NCBI GenBank assembly: GCA_944393615.1
Contig: CALYAQ010000134.1
Span: 1 to 42,883 of the forward strand
Length of the DNA: 42,883 nucleotides
Reading direction: 5' to 3'
DNA from: an uncultured Clostridia bacterium
Lineage (GTDB): Bacteria; Bacillota; Clostridia; TANB77; SIG350
Shown here in pieces: positions 30,632 through 40,552 of this stretch (positions are counted from its first letter, which is position 1; each line of letters opens with the position of its first letter). A program made the translations under genes and the position numbers. The notes under the pieces are model-generated. The model had not been told where the DNA came from. It made no database searches and saw only the letters and a list, made by a program, of their open reading frames with translations.

Positions 30632-30675
30632 ATAATAAAAAACTACTACTTGTATGAATATCATTCAAGTAGTAG
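30632..30675 (-). terminator. Rho-independent terminator of the eps operon (copy 2 of the duplicated hairpin)
   Basis: Minus strand CTACTACTTGAATG-atatt-CATACAAGTAGTAG (one mismatch) then TTTTTTATTAT, 28 nt after the stop at 30703. Confidence 0.8.
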
Positions 30676-30702
30676 AAAAATATTAAAAATAATTTATATA
30701 AC

Positions 30703-31857
30703 TCATTTTATCCCTATAATCTTCTTTACCATTCTTTTAGCAAAATTAACACCTCTTAATATAATGCTATTTTTCTTTACGTATTTATTAACCAACTCCT
30801 CAAACTCATACTTACCTAAACCATTAAAAAAGCTTTCTCTATTGCTATTCGATTTTACACTTTGTGTCATTGAAGGATTCATTGAAATAGCTTTTTTAAA
30901 ATCAACTTTTTCATACAATATATTTTCTTTAATTTCTTCAAACACATTATTTCCTTTATTAGAATTTACCATTACTAACGATACTCCTTTATCATCGTTA
31001 AAGTTTGGTAATATACTATTTATTCCCCAAAAATCAGCTAACGTTATATCAGAAACTCTATTCTCTTTTTTAAAACTGCAATTATAACACGATTCCCTTA
31101 AAGATATATTTTTCAAAAACGCTCTCATATATAAATCTGTACTATGATATTTCTTGTACTTATATTCTTTATTTGTTAACACCAAATTAAATCTAGCCCA
31201 ACCATTATCTTTATTTCTAAAATTAATATCAATCTTACCTATATCTTCTTTACCTAATCTATATTTAAGATACTCTTTCCATACTTTTGGTGAAGGTACT
31301 CCATGACATATAATATCTTGAGTATATAAATTTTGATATTCTTTTCTTAAAAAGCTATATAACCCTTCAACTTGGCAAGGCGTACCTGTAAACAATACTA
31401 GCCTTCCATTTTCTAAATATTCTTTTGCTTTTTTATATGTATCTCCAATTTTACTTTGAACATATTTAGACCCTCTTAATTTATATAAATCTTCAACTTT
31501 ATCTATCTCAATATGTTCAACCAAATTATCATTATTAAAACTTGCTCCAAAAACTATACCACCATTCTTGATTACATATGTAGCAATTAAAGTAAATATC
31601 CCACCAGAAGAACTATCTAATCTTACAGTTTCATTTTTATTATAACAAGCATAGGCAATAGGCTTGTTATTATTTTCTTTAGTATTTAAAATAGGACATA
31701 CTTTTTCACAAATTTTACAGTCTATACACTTATTTTTATCAACTACTGGCACTAAAAAACCTTTTGTATCTTCTTGCATAGTAATAGCATTTTTAGGACA
31801 TGCATTATAGCAAGCATGACAACCACAACACTTTGATTTTTCTATAATCTCAATCAT
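30703..31857 (-). CDS. FrhB-family (coenzyme F420 hydrogenase/dehydrogenase beta-like) protein with N-terminal 2x[4Fe-4S] ferredoxin domain
   Basis: CCGCHACYNACP and CIDCKICEKVCP cluster motifs, then FrhB-like SSSGG..GTPCQ region. Confidence 0.75.
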   Translation of the reverse strand: MIEIIEKSKCCGCHACYNACPKNAITMQEDTKGFLVPVVDKNKCIDCKICEKVCPILNTKENNNKPIAYACYNKNETVRLDSSSGGIFTLIATYVIKNGGIVFGASFNNDNLVEHIEIDKVEDLYKLRGSKYVQSKIGDTYKKAKEYLENGRLVLFTGTPCQVEGLYSFLRKEYQNLYTQDIICHGVPSPKVWKEYLKYRLGKEDIGKIDINFRNKDNGWARFNLVLTNKEYKYKKYHSTDLYMRAFLKNISLRESCYNCSFKKENRVSDITLADFWGINSILPNFNDDKGVSLVMVNSNKGNNVFEEIKENILYEKVDFKKAISMNPSMTQSVKSNSNRESFFNGLGKYEFEELVNKYVKKNSIILRGVNFAKRMVKKIIGIK

Positions 31858-31858
31858 A

Positions 31859-33394
31859 TTAACCCCTTCTTAACTTCATAATAACTTTATCTTTCATATC
31901 ATTAACCAAATTCTTTTCATACGAATTCATTCCCCAATACCACATAAATATTGCATATACAATAACATATAATACTATTTGTAAACAAAATGCTAATATA
32001 CTATCAATGGTAAAATATTCTCTCATAACAAATCCTAATATAAATACTACTAAAACAGGAATTGTCATTTCAATTATTTCTTTCCAAAACTTTAAAATAT
32101 CAATATGAATTTTCTTATGGTAGTATATATTTAAAATTAATCCTTGACCTAATATAAGTGATATTGCTGTACCTACCGCACACCCTATTACACCATATAT
32201 ATTAACCAATATTATTGAAAGAATAACATTACATATTGCTATGCCTAAAAACACTAACGTTCTAAACTTGTGTAAATTTTTAGCTTGTAAAATACTAATT
32301 CCTATATTTTGTATTAAAGGTAATGTTACAGGTAACATTAAAATACATGCTATATAATACGACAAATCATATTCTGCTCCAAACAAGAATAATATAAATT
32401 GATGACCAAATAAAACAAAACCCGTTATTATCAAAGCCATTATTATATATTGTAATCTTCCTGTTTTAATAAATACGTCCGTAAACTCTTCATTACTTGC
32501 ATTTCGTGCTACCATTTTGCTTATTCTTGGTAATAATATATTACTAATTGCAGTGGAAAATGCAATGTACATAGTATTAAACTGTGCTGAAACGCTATAT
32601 ATGGCAACAGCAACTGTACCAAGAGTTGCACCTAATATAAAATGGTCAACAGTCCAATTTATCTTATCTATTATAACTGATAAAAATATAAAAAACGAAA
32701 ATATACTTATTTCTTTTAGCAATGGTATATCAAAACCTTTTAAGGCAAATTTTATATTCAATTTCTTTATACAATAAAAAGTATTTAATAATGAACAAAA
32801 AATATTTACTAATGTTAATATTATAACTAAAGTTATTGATTTGTATCCAAACAAAAGAAAAGGTATCATAATTATTGGTGCAAGTATTATTCTTAATATG
32901 TTTACACACTTTGCAAATACAAATTTTTCGTATGCAGTAATTATTGAATTAAATATACTAAATGGAAATGTGATTAATAAATTAAATGATAATATTCCCA
33001 TAAGTATTTTAGCTTTGCTTAATTCTTCAACTGTTAAAGTTGCTCCAAACAAATTTTCAACATTACACATCAATATTAATCCACATATACCTGCTATAAC
33101 TCCTATAACCGTATAAATTGTTAAAAACATACCATGTAATTTACGTTCTTTTTCTTCGTCATTATTTTGTCTATACTTTGCCGTATATATAACAATTGCA
33201 TTAGCAAATCCAAAATCTAATATTGTAAGATATGACATAGTTGTATATACTAATGAATATAATCCATATTCAGATTGTCCTAACGAATATGTTAAAAATG
33301 GTAAATATGCTACACCAATAATCATATTCAAAGCAACTATTATATACGATAATATAACTCCTACTTTTACTTCATTTACTTTCAAATTATTCAC
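31859..33394 (-). CDS. Wzx-type oligosaccharide flippase (MOP superfamily)
   Basis: 511 aa, about 12-14 TM helices, typical polysaccharide-biosynthesis-protein layout. GTG start. Confidence 0.8.
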   Translation of the reverse strand: MNNLKVNEVKVGVILSYIIVALNMIIGVAYLPFLTYSLGQSEYGLYSLVYTTMSYLTILDFGFANAIVIYTAKYRQNNDEEKERKLHGMFLTIYTVIGVIAGICGLILMCNVENLFGATLTVEELSKAKILMGILSFNLLITFPFSIFNSIITAYEKFVFAKCVNILRIILAPIIMIPFLLFGYKSITLVIILTLVNIFCSLLNTFYCIKKLNIKFALKGFDIPLLKEISIFSFFIFLSVIIDKINWTVDHFILGATLGTVAVAIYSVSAQFNTMYIAFSTAISNILLPRISKMVARNASNEEFTDVFIKTGRLQYIIMALIITGFVLFGHQFILFLFGAEYDLSYYIACILMLPVTLPLIQNIGISILQAKNLHKFRTLVFLGIAICNVILSIILVNIYGVIGCAVGTAISLILGQGLILNIYYHKKIHIDILKFWKEIIEMTIPVLVVFILGFVMREYFTIDSILAFCLQIVLYVIVYAIFMWYWGMNSYEKNLVNDMKDKVIMKLRRG

Positions 33395-34505
33395 CTATTC
33401 CTAATGAATTCTTTAAAAAATTCATTGCTTTTTCTCTTTCTTCTTTTAATATATTATCTGTATTACTAAAATCTATATTAAACTCCACTTCTTTATCATA
33501 ACTTGTTAATTTTCTATTTTCCAAATTAAATTTTTTCAATATAGTATCTAGCCTACTACTCATGGATTTTCCTTGTTGCTCTCTATCTAATACATAAAAA
33601 GGTCGTTTATATAATATTGAAAAAACTGTTCCGTGAAAAGAATCTGTAAATACCATTTCTGCATTTTTTATATACCACAAAAATTCACTTGGTCCGGCGA
33701 TATAATATTTATCAATACGTATTTGTCCTAAATCAACAACTTCAAAATTATTCTTTTTCGCTATATCGTATATATATTTTTTTCTAGCTCTAGAATATTT
33801 GCCTAAAAAATATGTTAATATGTATTTTTTTTCAGGGATATATTCAGGATTTTTAGAAACTTTGTCCCACTCTTTATCAGTTAACATCATAGTTGGGTCA
33901 ACAACTAATACAGCTTCTTTTCCACTTATTTCTTTTACTAATTCTACAGATCTTTCTTCTCTTACAGATATAGCTGATATATTTTCAAATCCCTTTTTAT
34001 ATATATCAATATATTCTTTTGGTATATCATTTACTCCTATACTTGCTGAAAACGATATATTTTTTTCTTTAGGAGCAAACTCTAAAAAATTTATTTCTTT
34101 TATAGTTGGTCTTTGTGGATTCCAAACTTGGTCACTTCCTATTGAAAAAAAATCATACTTATCATTTAGTATATTGGTATTAAAGTTATTTGTAATTATG
34201 TTTTCACTATAATTAATATATTTTTCAAATTCTAAAAAGTTTCCTCTTCTTTTTATTAAAACTTTATTCTTTATATGTTTTGATATTATTAAGTTTAGTT
34301 TTCTTTTCAAAACTTGATAAACCTTTGTTATTGAAAATAATCTTAAATAATATTTTATGCTTCTATTTTCATAATCATATGTATTATTTTTTATAGTTTC
34401 AACTTTTAAATTCATTTTTTCGTAACTATACTGAACCGCATAGTTTTGTATTCTATTTTCATAATTATTAATATAATTTAAGTTTATTATTCCTATATTT
34501 TTCAT
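33387..34505 (-). CDS. Polysaccharide pyruvyl transferase
   Basis: IGSDQVWNP motif and C-terminal TDSFHGTVFSI motif of the PS_pyruv_trans family. ATG 34505 preferred (AAGGAGA RBS). Confidence 0.8.
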   Translation of the reverse strand: MKNIGIINLNYINNYENRIQNYAVQYSYEKMNLKVETIKNNTYDYENRSIKYYLRLFSITKVYQVLKRKLNLIISKHIKNKVLIKRRGNFLEFEKYINYSENIITNNFNTNILNDKYDFFSIGSDQVWNPQRPTIKEINFLEFAPKEKNISFSASIGVNDIPKEYIDIYKKGFENISAISVREERSVELVKEISGKEAVLVVDPTMMLTDKEWDKVSKNPEYIPEKKYILTYFLGKYSRARKKYIYDIAKKNNFEVVDLGQIRIDKYYIAGPSEFLWYIKNAEMVFTDSFHGTVFSILYKRPFYVLDREQQGKSMSSRLDTILKKFNLENRKLTSYDKEVEFNIDFSNTDNILKEEREKAMNFLKNSLGIGE

Positions 34506-34509
34506 CAAA

Positions 34510-35469
34510 TTATCTCCTTACTTTTCGTTTATGTACAAAACTACATATTATCAAAAGTATACTACTAGGAATTATTTTTAATAAACTTACTAATATACTT
34601 TTTTTAATTCCTAAACCTTTAACTTTTAAATCTCTGTTTTCTTTTTTCATTTTCTTAATTATATCTAATTTTTCTTTATATGTATAGGTACAATCTTTAT
34701 GAGATAAATCCATAATACAAGAAAATATATTTTTATACCTTATATAATTTAAAGCATACATTATATCTTCTTGATTATATTTTCTTGTTATTTCTTTAGC
34801 TTTATCATTTACATACATAAGTTTGTTATATTTATCTTTCTTATATTTCTTTGTTAAAGAATTACTATTATCTTGATTATAGCAATAATAATTATATGAA
34901 TTTAGTACAACTTCTTTTACATATTGTATATAGGTAATATTAAAAAGCTTATCTTCTCCTATTTCTGTATTAGTATCAAACAATATATTATTATCTTTGA
35001 TAATTTTATTGGAATAAATCTTACTACAAGGTGAATTTATTAACTCTGTATATATTAATTTTGCTATAACATCTTTTACTTTATATGTATTACTTTCAAA
35101 TAAATTTTCTACTATTCTAAAAATATACATATCTTTATCCACATTTAAATTCATTACTTGGTTAATTTTATTTAAACTATTTTCTAAAATCCAATCATCT
35201 GAATCCATAAACATAATATACTTACCATTTGCATTTTGTATCCCCATATTTCTAGCTGAACTAACTCCGCCATTCTCTTTATGAAATATTTTTACACAAG
35301 CATTATTTTTTGCAATCTCTTCACATATTTTATATGTATTATCCTTTGAACCGTCATCAATAACTAGTATTTCATAATCATAGTATTTTTGTTTCAATAT
35401 ACTATTAATGCATTTTTCAATATATTTTTCTGCATTATATGCAGGTATTATTATAGATAAATTGTACAT
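34510..35469 (-). CDS. Family 2 glycosyltransferase
   Basis: LSIIIPAYNAEKYIEKCINSILKQ..YEILVIDDGSKDNT and FMDSDD (DxD). Confidence 0.85.
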   Translation of the reverse strand: MYNLSIIIPAYNAEKYIEKCINSILKQKYYDYEILVIDDGSKDNTYKICEEIAKNNACVKIFHKENGGVSSARNMGIQNANGKYIMFMDSDDWILENSLNKINQVMNLNVDKDMYIFRIVENLFESNTYKVKDVIAKLIYTELINSPCSKIYSNKIIKDNNILFDTNTEIGEDKLFNITYIQYVKEVVLNSYNYYCYNQDNSNSLTKKYKKDKYNKLMYVNDKAKEITRKYNQEDIMYALNYIRYKNIFSCIMDLSHKDCTYTYKEKLDIIKKMKKENRDLKVKGLGIKKSILVSLLKIIPSSILLIICSFVHKRKVRR

Positions 35470-35470
35470 A

Positions 35471-36550
35471 TTAACTCCTTTCTATAAATGTTTGATACGG
35501 TATAACATCACTCATTCCAAATACATATACTTCTAAAATAAATAAAAGTATTATAAACATAAACATTAAAATAGTAATACATTCTTTTTCTTTTTTTTCT
35601 TTTATTACTTTAGGTATTGCAGGTAACAAATATATCAATACAATTGTAAAGTATGAACTTATACGAGCTAATGCCACTACTTTTAATGATAACATGCTTA
35701 ATATTACTCCTATTAAGTATAGAAAGAAAAACTTTTCATTATCTTTATCATAATGTATTAATCTCTTAATATATATACTTAAAACGAATAGTATTAAAAT
35801 ATTTAAAACAATATGGCCTATTCCTCCTATAGAACCAGTTGTATATACTGTATATTTTTCAAACAGTTCAATATTGCTCATAATGTTTAGAAACGCATCT
35901 ATATTAAGTGCTAATACTGTTACCGCAACTAGCGATACTAACTTTATTAAACTATTATCATTTTTAATATTTAATATGAAATAAAATGGTAATAATACTA
36001 TTGCTGTTTTATGAAAACACATTGCAAATAAAGTGAATAATAAAAATTTAACAAAACGTTTATTTATTATATATTTTAAAGCAAAAAACATTATTACTAC
36101 AGCCAAGCACTGTCTCATTCCATTAAAGCTTGAAGTAAAAAACATAAATAAATATACAAGCATACCTAGACTAATAGATATTTTTTCTTTTTTATTAAGT
36201 ATTCCTAAAAATGCAAATATTACTGTTAATATAGCAAAAATAACAAACACCACTTGTTCTTCATTAAAACACATTGCTATTTTTGCTATAATTCCAAAAC
36301 CGATTTCATAATCACTTTGCAATAGCTGGTTTATTGACATGGAATTGATATTATCAATGCTATAATAATAAGTTAAAAAATCTGTTCCGACATTATACCT
36401 AATGCCAGATATTACTATTGGTATTAATAAAGCTAATACAAATAATAGTATTTTTAATTTTTCACTTATTTTTTTATCATTTTTTTCTGCCATATATATA
36501 ATAATTATACATATTAGAAATGATATTATATAAAAAACTACACTCCCCAT
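35471..36550 (-). CDS. EpsG-family membrane protein (Wzy-like polymerase)
   Basis: 359 aa, about 10 TM helices. RYNVGTDFLTYY motif typical of the EpsG family. Confidence 0.7.
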   Translation of the reverse strand: MGSVVFYIISFLICIIIIYMAEKNDKKISEKLKILLFVLALLIPIVISGIRYNVGTDFLTYYYSIDNINSMSINQLLQSDYEIGFGIIAKIAMCFNEEQVVFVIFAILTVIFAFLGILNKKEKISISLGMLVYLFMFFTSSFNGMRQCLAVVIMFFALKYIINKRFVKFLLFTLFAMCFHKTAIVLLPFYFILNIKNDNSLIKLVSLVAVTVLALNIDAFLNIMSNIELFEKYTVYTTGSIGGIGHIVLNILILFVLSIYIKRLIHYDKDNEKFFFLYLIGVILSMLSLKVVALARISSYFTIVLIYLLPAIPKVIKEKKEKECITILMFMFIILLFILEVYVFGMSDVIPYQTFIERS

Positions 36551-36560
36551 TTTATCCTCA

Positions 36561-37673
36561 CTATTGATTATATACTTCTATCATTTCTTTTTTTACATTA
36601 TCTAATAAATAATCATGTACTAATGTTTTTGAAATAATAGAAAAATTATCTTTTATATCTTTATGTAGTATTAAATTAGTAATGCTATCATAAAATTTTT
36701 GTTTATCATTTGTATTTACTATATATCCATTTTCATTATTTTTCACTAACTCTCTATGACCTCTATTATCAGTCGCAACAATAGGTAAACTCATATACAT
36801 AGCTTCCATTATATTTACTGGTAATCCTTCTCTAAAACTTGATGCTACATATATATCAGTTATTGATAACAACTGTCCTATGTCTTGTCTTTTACCTAAC
36901 AATTTTATATTGTTTTCTAATCCTTTTTCTTTTATTTGTTGTTCGTAATATTCCTTTAATTCACCTGTTCCTATTAATAGTAAACAAACATTAATATTAC
37001 TTTTAACTAATTGTTCTACTGTATCTATCAACAGCATTTGATTTTTATTTTTATTTAACTCTGCTACATAAGACAATACGGTTGAATCTTTTGGTATTTG
37101 TAAATCCTCTTTATATTTTTGTTTCTCTTCTTCACTTAATTGTACATCTAATCTTTCAGTTTTACAACCCACTCCATGTATATGTCTAATATCTTTTATC
37201 TTAAATTTCTTTTTTGCAAATTCATAATCTTCTTTATTTATTGTAATTAAGCAATCCGTATATCTTGACATCATTTTTTCTATTGGGTAATATATTAACC
37301 AATTAAGTTTTGGTGCTCCTTTATAGAAATGAAAGCCATGTGCTGTATATATTACTTTAGTATTATATTTCTTTCTTGCTTTTCTTGCTGCTAATCTAGT
37401 TAATACTCCACCTACTGGTGTATGACAATGTATTATTTCATATTCATTTTCATTTATTATTTTCTTTAATTGATTATATACTTTTAAATTTTGTAGTTTA
37501 AATGGAAATCTTGCAAAATCCAAATCAAAATGTTTATCACAATACGGTATTTCTGCATTTCCTTTACATGCTACATGAACTTCATATCCTTGTTCTTTAA
37601 AATATTGTAAATATGGTATATGAAATGTTTGTATATGATAAGTAACTGTTGCTACAAATAATACTTTTTTCAT
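36561..37673 (-). CDS. Family 4 (GT-B) glycosyltransferase
   Basis: C-terminal SFREGLPVNIMEAM (E-x7-E) motif, 370 aa. Confidence 0.8.
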   Translation of the reverse strand: MKKVLFVATVTYHIQTFHIPYLQYFKEQGYEVHVACKGNAEIPYCDKHFDLDFARFPFKLQNLKVYNQLKKIINENEYEIIHCHTPVGGVLTRLAARKARKKYNTKVIYTAHGFHFYKGAPKLNWLIYYPIEKMMSRYTDCLITINKEDYEFAKKKFKIKDIRHIHGVGCKTERLDVQLSEEEKQKYKEDLQIPKDSTVLSYVAELNKNKNQMLLIDTVEQLVKSNINVCLLLIGTGELKEYYEQQIKEKGLENNIKLLGKRQDIGQLLSITDIYVASSFREGLPVNIMEAMYMSLPIVATDNRGHRELVKNNENGYIVNTNDKQKFYDSITNLILHKDIKDNFSIISKTLVHDYLLDNVKKEMIEVYNQ

Positions 37674-38298
37674 TTACTGCTCCATTCTTTTTGCAGGTAT
37701 ACCTATATATGTACCTACTTGTTTTATATCTTTTACCACTACCGCTCCTGCTCCTATTACACAACTATTACATATTTCAATATTGTTCTTTACAACCGTT
37801 CCTGCTCCTATATGTGTTTTTTCTCCTATTGTTACAGTACCGCATAAAGTTACATTGGGCGATATATGAATAAAGTTTTGTAATATATTATCATGTTCAA
37901 TAATTGCTCCTGTGTTTATTATACAGTGCTTACCTATTTTAGCACCTGAATTTATGACTGCATTTGCCATAACAGTAGTACCTTTTTCAATATATACATC
38001 TATTCCAATAACTGCAGTAGGGTGTATAGCTGTATAATATTCCAAATCATATTCATTACTTATTTTTTTTCTTGTGTTATTATTGCCTATCGCAATTATA
38101 AAAGAAAGTTCTTTGTTTTGTTTTAATTCATTACACTTTTCTATTTTTCCTATTACTTTTATATCATTAATTATATTAGTCCCGTATAGGTACATTATCA
38201 TCTAGAAAGCCCACTACATTATCATTTGATTTAATTATAATATCTGCTACAACTTTAGAATGTCCTCCGGCACCAATTATTACTACATTACTAGACAT
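37674..38298 (-). pseudogene. PglD/EpsM/NeuD-type hexapeptide acetyltransferase carrying a frameshift
   Basis: The N-terminal Rossmann part [40 protein letters not shown] (ATG 38298, stop 38178-38176) is in a different frame from the left-handed beta-helix part (track ORF 37674-38201; 38298-38201=97). Confidence 0.7.
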
Positions 38299-38914
38299 TT
38301 AATTGCTCCTTTCTTTCACATTCAAACTTACTCATAGTAGCATTACCTTCCTGTGATATACCTTCTCTTTTAAATACTTTCCCTACTGTTGCTAATATAA
38401 TTTTTACATCTAGAATAAATGACACCTCATTTGTATATGTAACATCATATTCAAATCTTTTTTCCCAACTTGTTGCATTTCTTCCATTTATTTGTGCTAA
38501 ACCTGTTAATCCAGGTCTTACATCATGTCTATGTTTTTCATTTTCATTATAGTATGGTAAATATTCAACTAATAATGGTCTAGGACCCACAATAGACATA
38601 TCGCCTTTTAATATATTTATAAGTTCTGGTAATTCATCTAAACTTGTACTTCTAAGAAATTTACCAAATTTAGTAAGTCTATCTTTATCAGGTAAAAGAT
38701 TTCCTTGCTCATCTTTTTTATCTGTCATTGTCCTAAATTTATAAATCGTAAATATTTTTTCATCTTTCCCCGGTCTTTGTTGCTTAAATATAACTGGGCT
38801 ACCAAGTTTTATTCTTACCAATATTGCTGTTATTAACATTATTGGAGATAATACAATAACCCCTATAAGACTTAATGTAAAATCAAGCACTCTTTTTATG
38901 TATTTTTTATACAT
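38291..38914 (-). CDS. Undecaprenyl-phosphate sugar phosphotransferase, small PglC/EpsL type (initiating transferase)
   Basis: 207 aa, one N-terminal TM helix. [26 protein letters not shown]-like [21 protein letters not shown] motifs. Confidence 0.85.
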   Translation of the reverse strand: MYKKYIKRVLDFTLSLIGVIVLSPIMLITAILVRIKLGSPVIFKQQRPGKDEKIFTIYKFRTMTDKKDEQGNLLPDKDRLTKFGKFLRSTSLDELPELINILKGDMSIVGPRPLLVEYLPYYNENEKHRHDVRPGLTGLAQINGRNATSWEKRFEYDVTYTNEVSFILDVKIILATVGKVFKREGISQEGNATMSKFECERKEQLNV

Positions 38915-38917
38915 ATA

Positions 38918-40054
38918 TTACACTTCCTTAAATAAATTTCGTATTATTTGTATAATTTCTTTTTGTGTATCTTCTGTCATTTTAGTATCACTAGGTAGAC
39001 ATACTCCTTGCTCAAATAATTCTTGAGATGTTGAACCTTGTTGTAACTCTGATATAAAATCATATTGTTCAAATACAGGTTGCATATGCATTGGTTTCCA
39101 TACTGGTCTTGATTCAATGTTTTCCTTTTCTAATGCCTCTATAATATCTAAAGGTTGAATTTTTGAATCTTTATCTATATATATTGCAGATAGCCAATGA
39201 TTTGGTCTTGCATTTTCTTCGTATGGTTGCATTGTAATTTGAGGTATATCTTTAAATCCTTCTTTATATAACTCATATATTTGCGTTTTTTTATTTATTC
39301 TTTGTTCCAAAACTTTTAACTGACCTCTACCAATACCTGCTAAAACATTACTTAATCTATAGTTATATCCAACCTCATTATGTTGATAATGTCTTGCTGG
39401 CTCTCTTGCTTGAGTTACCCAAAAATGTACTTTATCTATTCTTTCTTTACTATCTGAAACAAGCATACCACCACCACTAGTAGTTATAATTTTGTTTCCG
39501 TTAAATGAATAGGCACCATAATCTCCGAATGTTCCTGTATGTTTTCCGTTATATGTAGCACCTAAACTCTCTGCCGCATCTTCTATAATTGGTGTATTAT
39601 GCTCTTTACATATTTTTTCTATCTCATCTATTTTAGCAGGAGTACCATATAAATGTACTATCATAACCGCTTTCACATTCAGATATTTTTCAAATGCTTT
39701 TTCTAACGCTTTAGGGCTCATATTCCAAGTATCTTTTTCTGAATCTATAAATACTGGGGTCGCACCTTCATACATTATTGGATTGGCAGTCGCTGAAAAA
39801 GTTAAACTTTGACAAAACACTATATCTCCCTTTTGTATATCAACAGCTTTTAACGCCATATGTAAAGCTGCTGTTCCTGCACTTAATGCACATGCATTTT
39901 GTGCTTTAGTATATGCACAAATTTCTTCTTCAAATTTATTTACATTTTCCCCTAAAGGAGCAATCCAATTTGTATCAAATGCCTCCTTTATATATTGCAT
40001 TTCATACCCTTCATCAGACATATGTGGTGAAGCTAAAAAAACTTTTTCCCTCAT
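38918..40054 (-). CDS. DegT/DnrJ/EryC1/StrS-family sugar aminotransferase (PglE/EpsN type)
   Basis: 378 aa. YSFNGNKIITTSGGGML (PLP-Lys region) and NYRLSNVLAGIGRGQL motifs. Confidence 0.85.
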   Translation of the reverse strand: MREKVFLASPHMSDEGYEMQYIKEAFDTNWIAPLGENVNKFEEEICAYTKAQNACALSAGTAALHMALKAVDIQKGDIVFCQSLTFSATANPIMYEGATPVFIDSEKDTWNMSPKALEKAFEKYLNVKAVMIVHLYGTPAKIDEIEKICKEHNTPIIEDAAESLGATYNGKHTGTFGDYGAYSFNGNKIITTSGGGMLVSDSKERIDKVHFWVTQAREPARHYQHNEVGYNYRLSNVLAGIGRGQLKVLEQRINKKTQIYELYKEGFKDIPQITMQPYEENARPNHWLSAIYIDKDSKIQPLDIIEALEKENIESRPVWKPMHMQPVFEQYDFISELQQGSTSQELFEQGVCLPSDTKMTEDTQKEIIQIIRNLFKEV

Positions 40055-40530
40055 TTTTCTTCCTTCTTTCTATTCTTTAATATATATATAATTAACATTG
40101 CAATAATTATACCAAGTAACGCACCTGCTGAATCAATACATACATCTGTAAACTGCATTGCTCTGCCAGGTATAAAATATTGATGTAATTCATCTGATAT
40201 TGCATAAGTTGTTGCTACAACTTGAGATAATATAACCTTTGTTTTTGTTGCGTATTTAGTTGTACTAAATAAAAGATATATTAACATTCCACCTATAAAA
40301 TATATTGTAAAATGTGCCAACTTTCTAATTGGTAATTGTAATTGAGATATAAGTTGTTGCTTTTGATTGTCATTCATGTTATCTTCAACAGGCAATACAT
40401 TTAATATTACCTCAATTACCTTTTGACTTGTCCCACTAGATTGTACCGCTTCTTGATGTGAAAAACTAAAAACAATAATCATCCACAATATTACTAGGAT
40501 ACAACTTAATACCCTTATTTTTTTATTCAT
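40051..40530 (-). CDS. VanZ-like membrane protein
   Basis: RKLAHFTIYFIGG and DELHQYFIPGR..D..D..G motifs. Start moved to ATG 40530 (MNKKIRV). Confidence 0.7.
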   Translation of the reverse strand: MNKKIRVLSCILVILWMIIVFSFSHQEAVQSSGTSQKVIEVILNVLPVEDNMNDNQKQQLISQLQLPIRKLAHFTIYFIGGMLIYLLFSTTKYATKTKVILSQVVATTYAISDELHQYFIPGRAMQFTDVCIDSAGALLGIIIAMLIIYILKNRKKEEK

Positions 40531-40552
40531 AAATATATATTCCTTCTTCCTA

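Noticed and set aside
26758-30636. Integrase, transposase or IS ends that could explain islet mobility
   Set aside because: I looked in all frames of the islet and its flanks. Only the three ORFs described are present, and none shows recombinase (Tyr/Ser) or DDE motifs that I can recognise.
30650-31087. Plus-strand 145-aa ORF
   Set aside because: It starts within the terminator hairpin and is antisense to the FrhB-like gene, so it is a shadow ORF.
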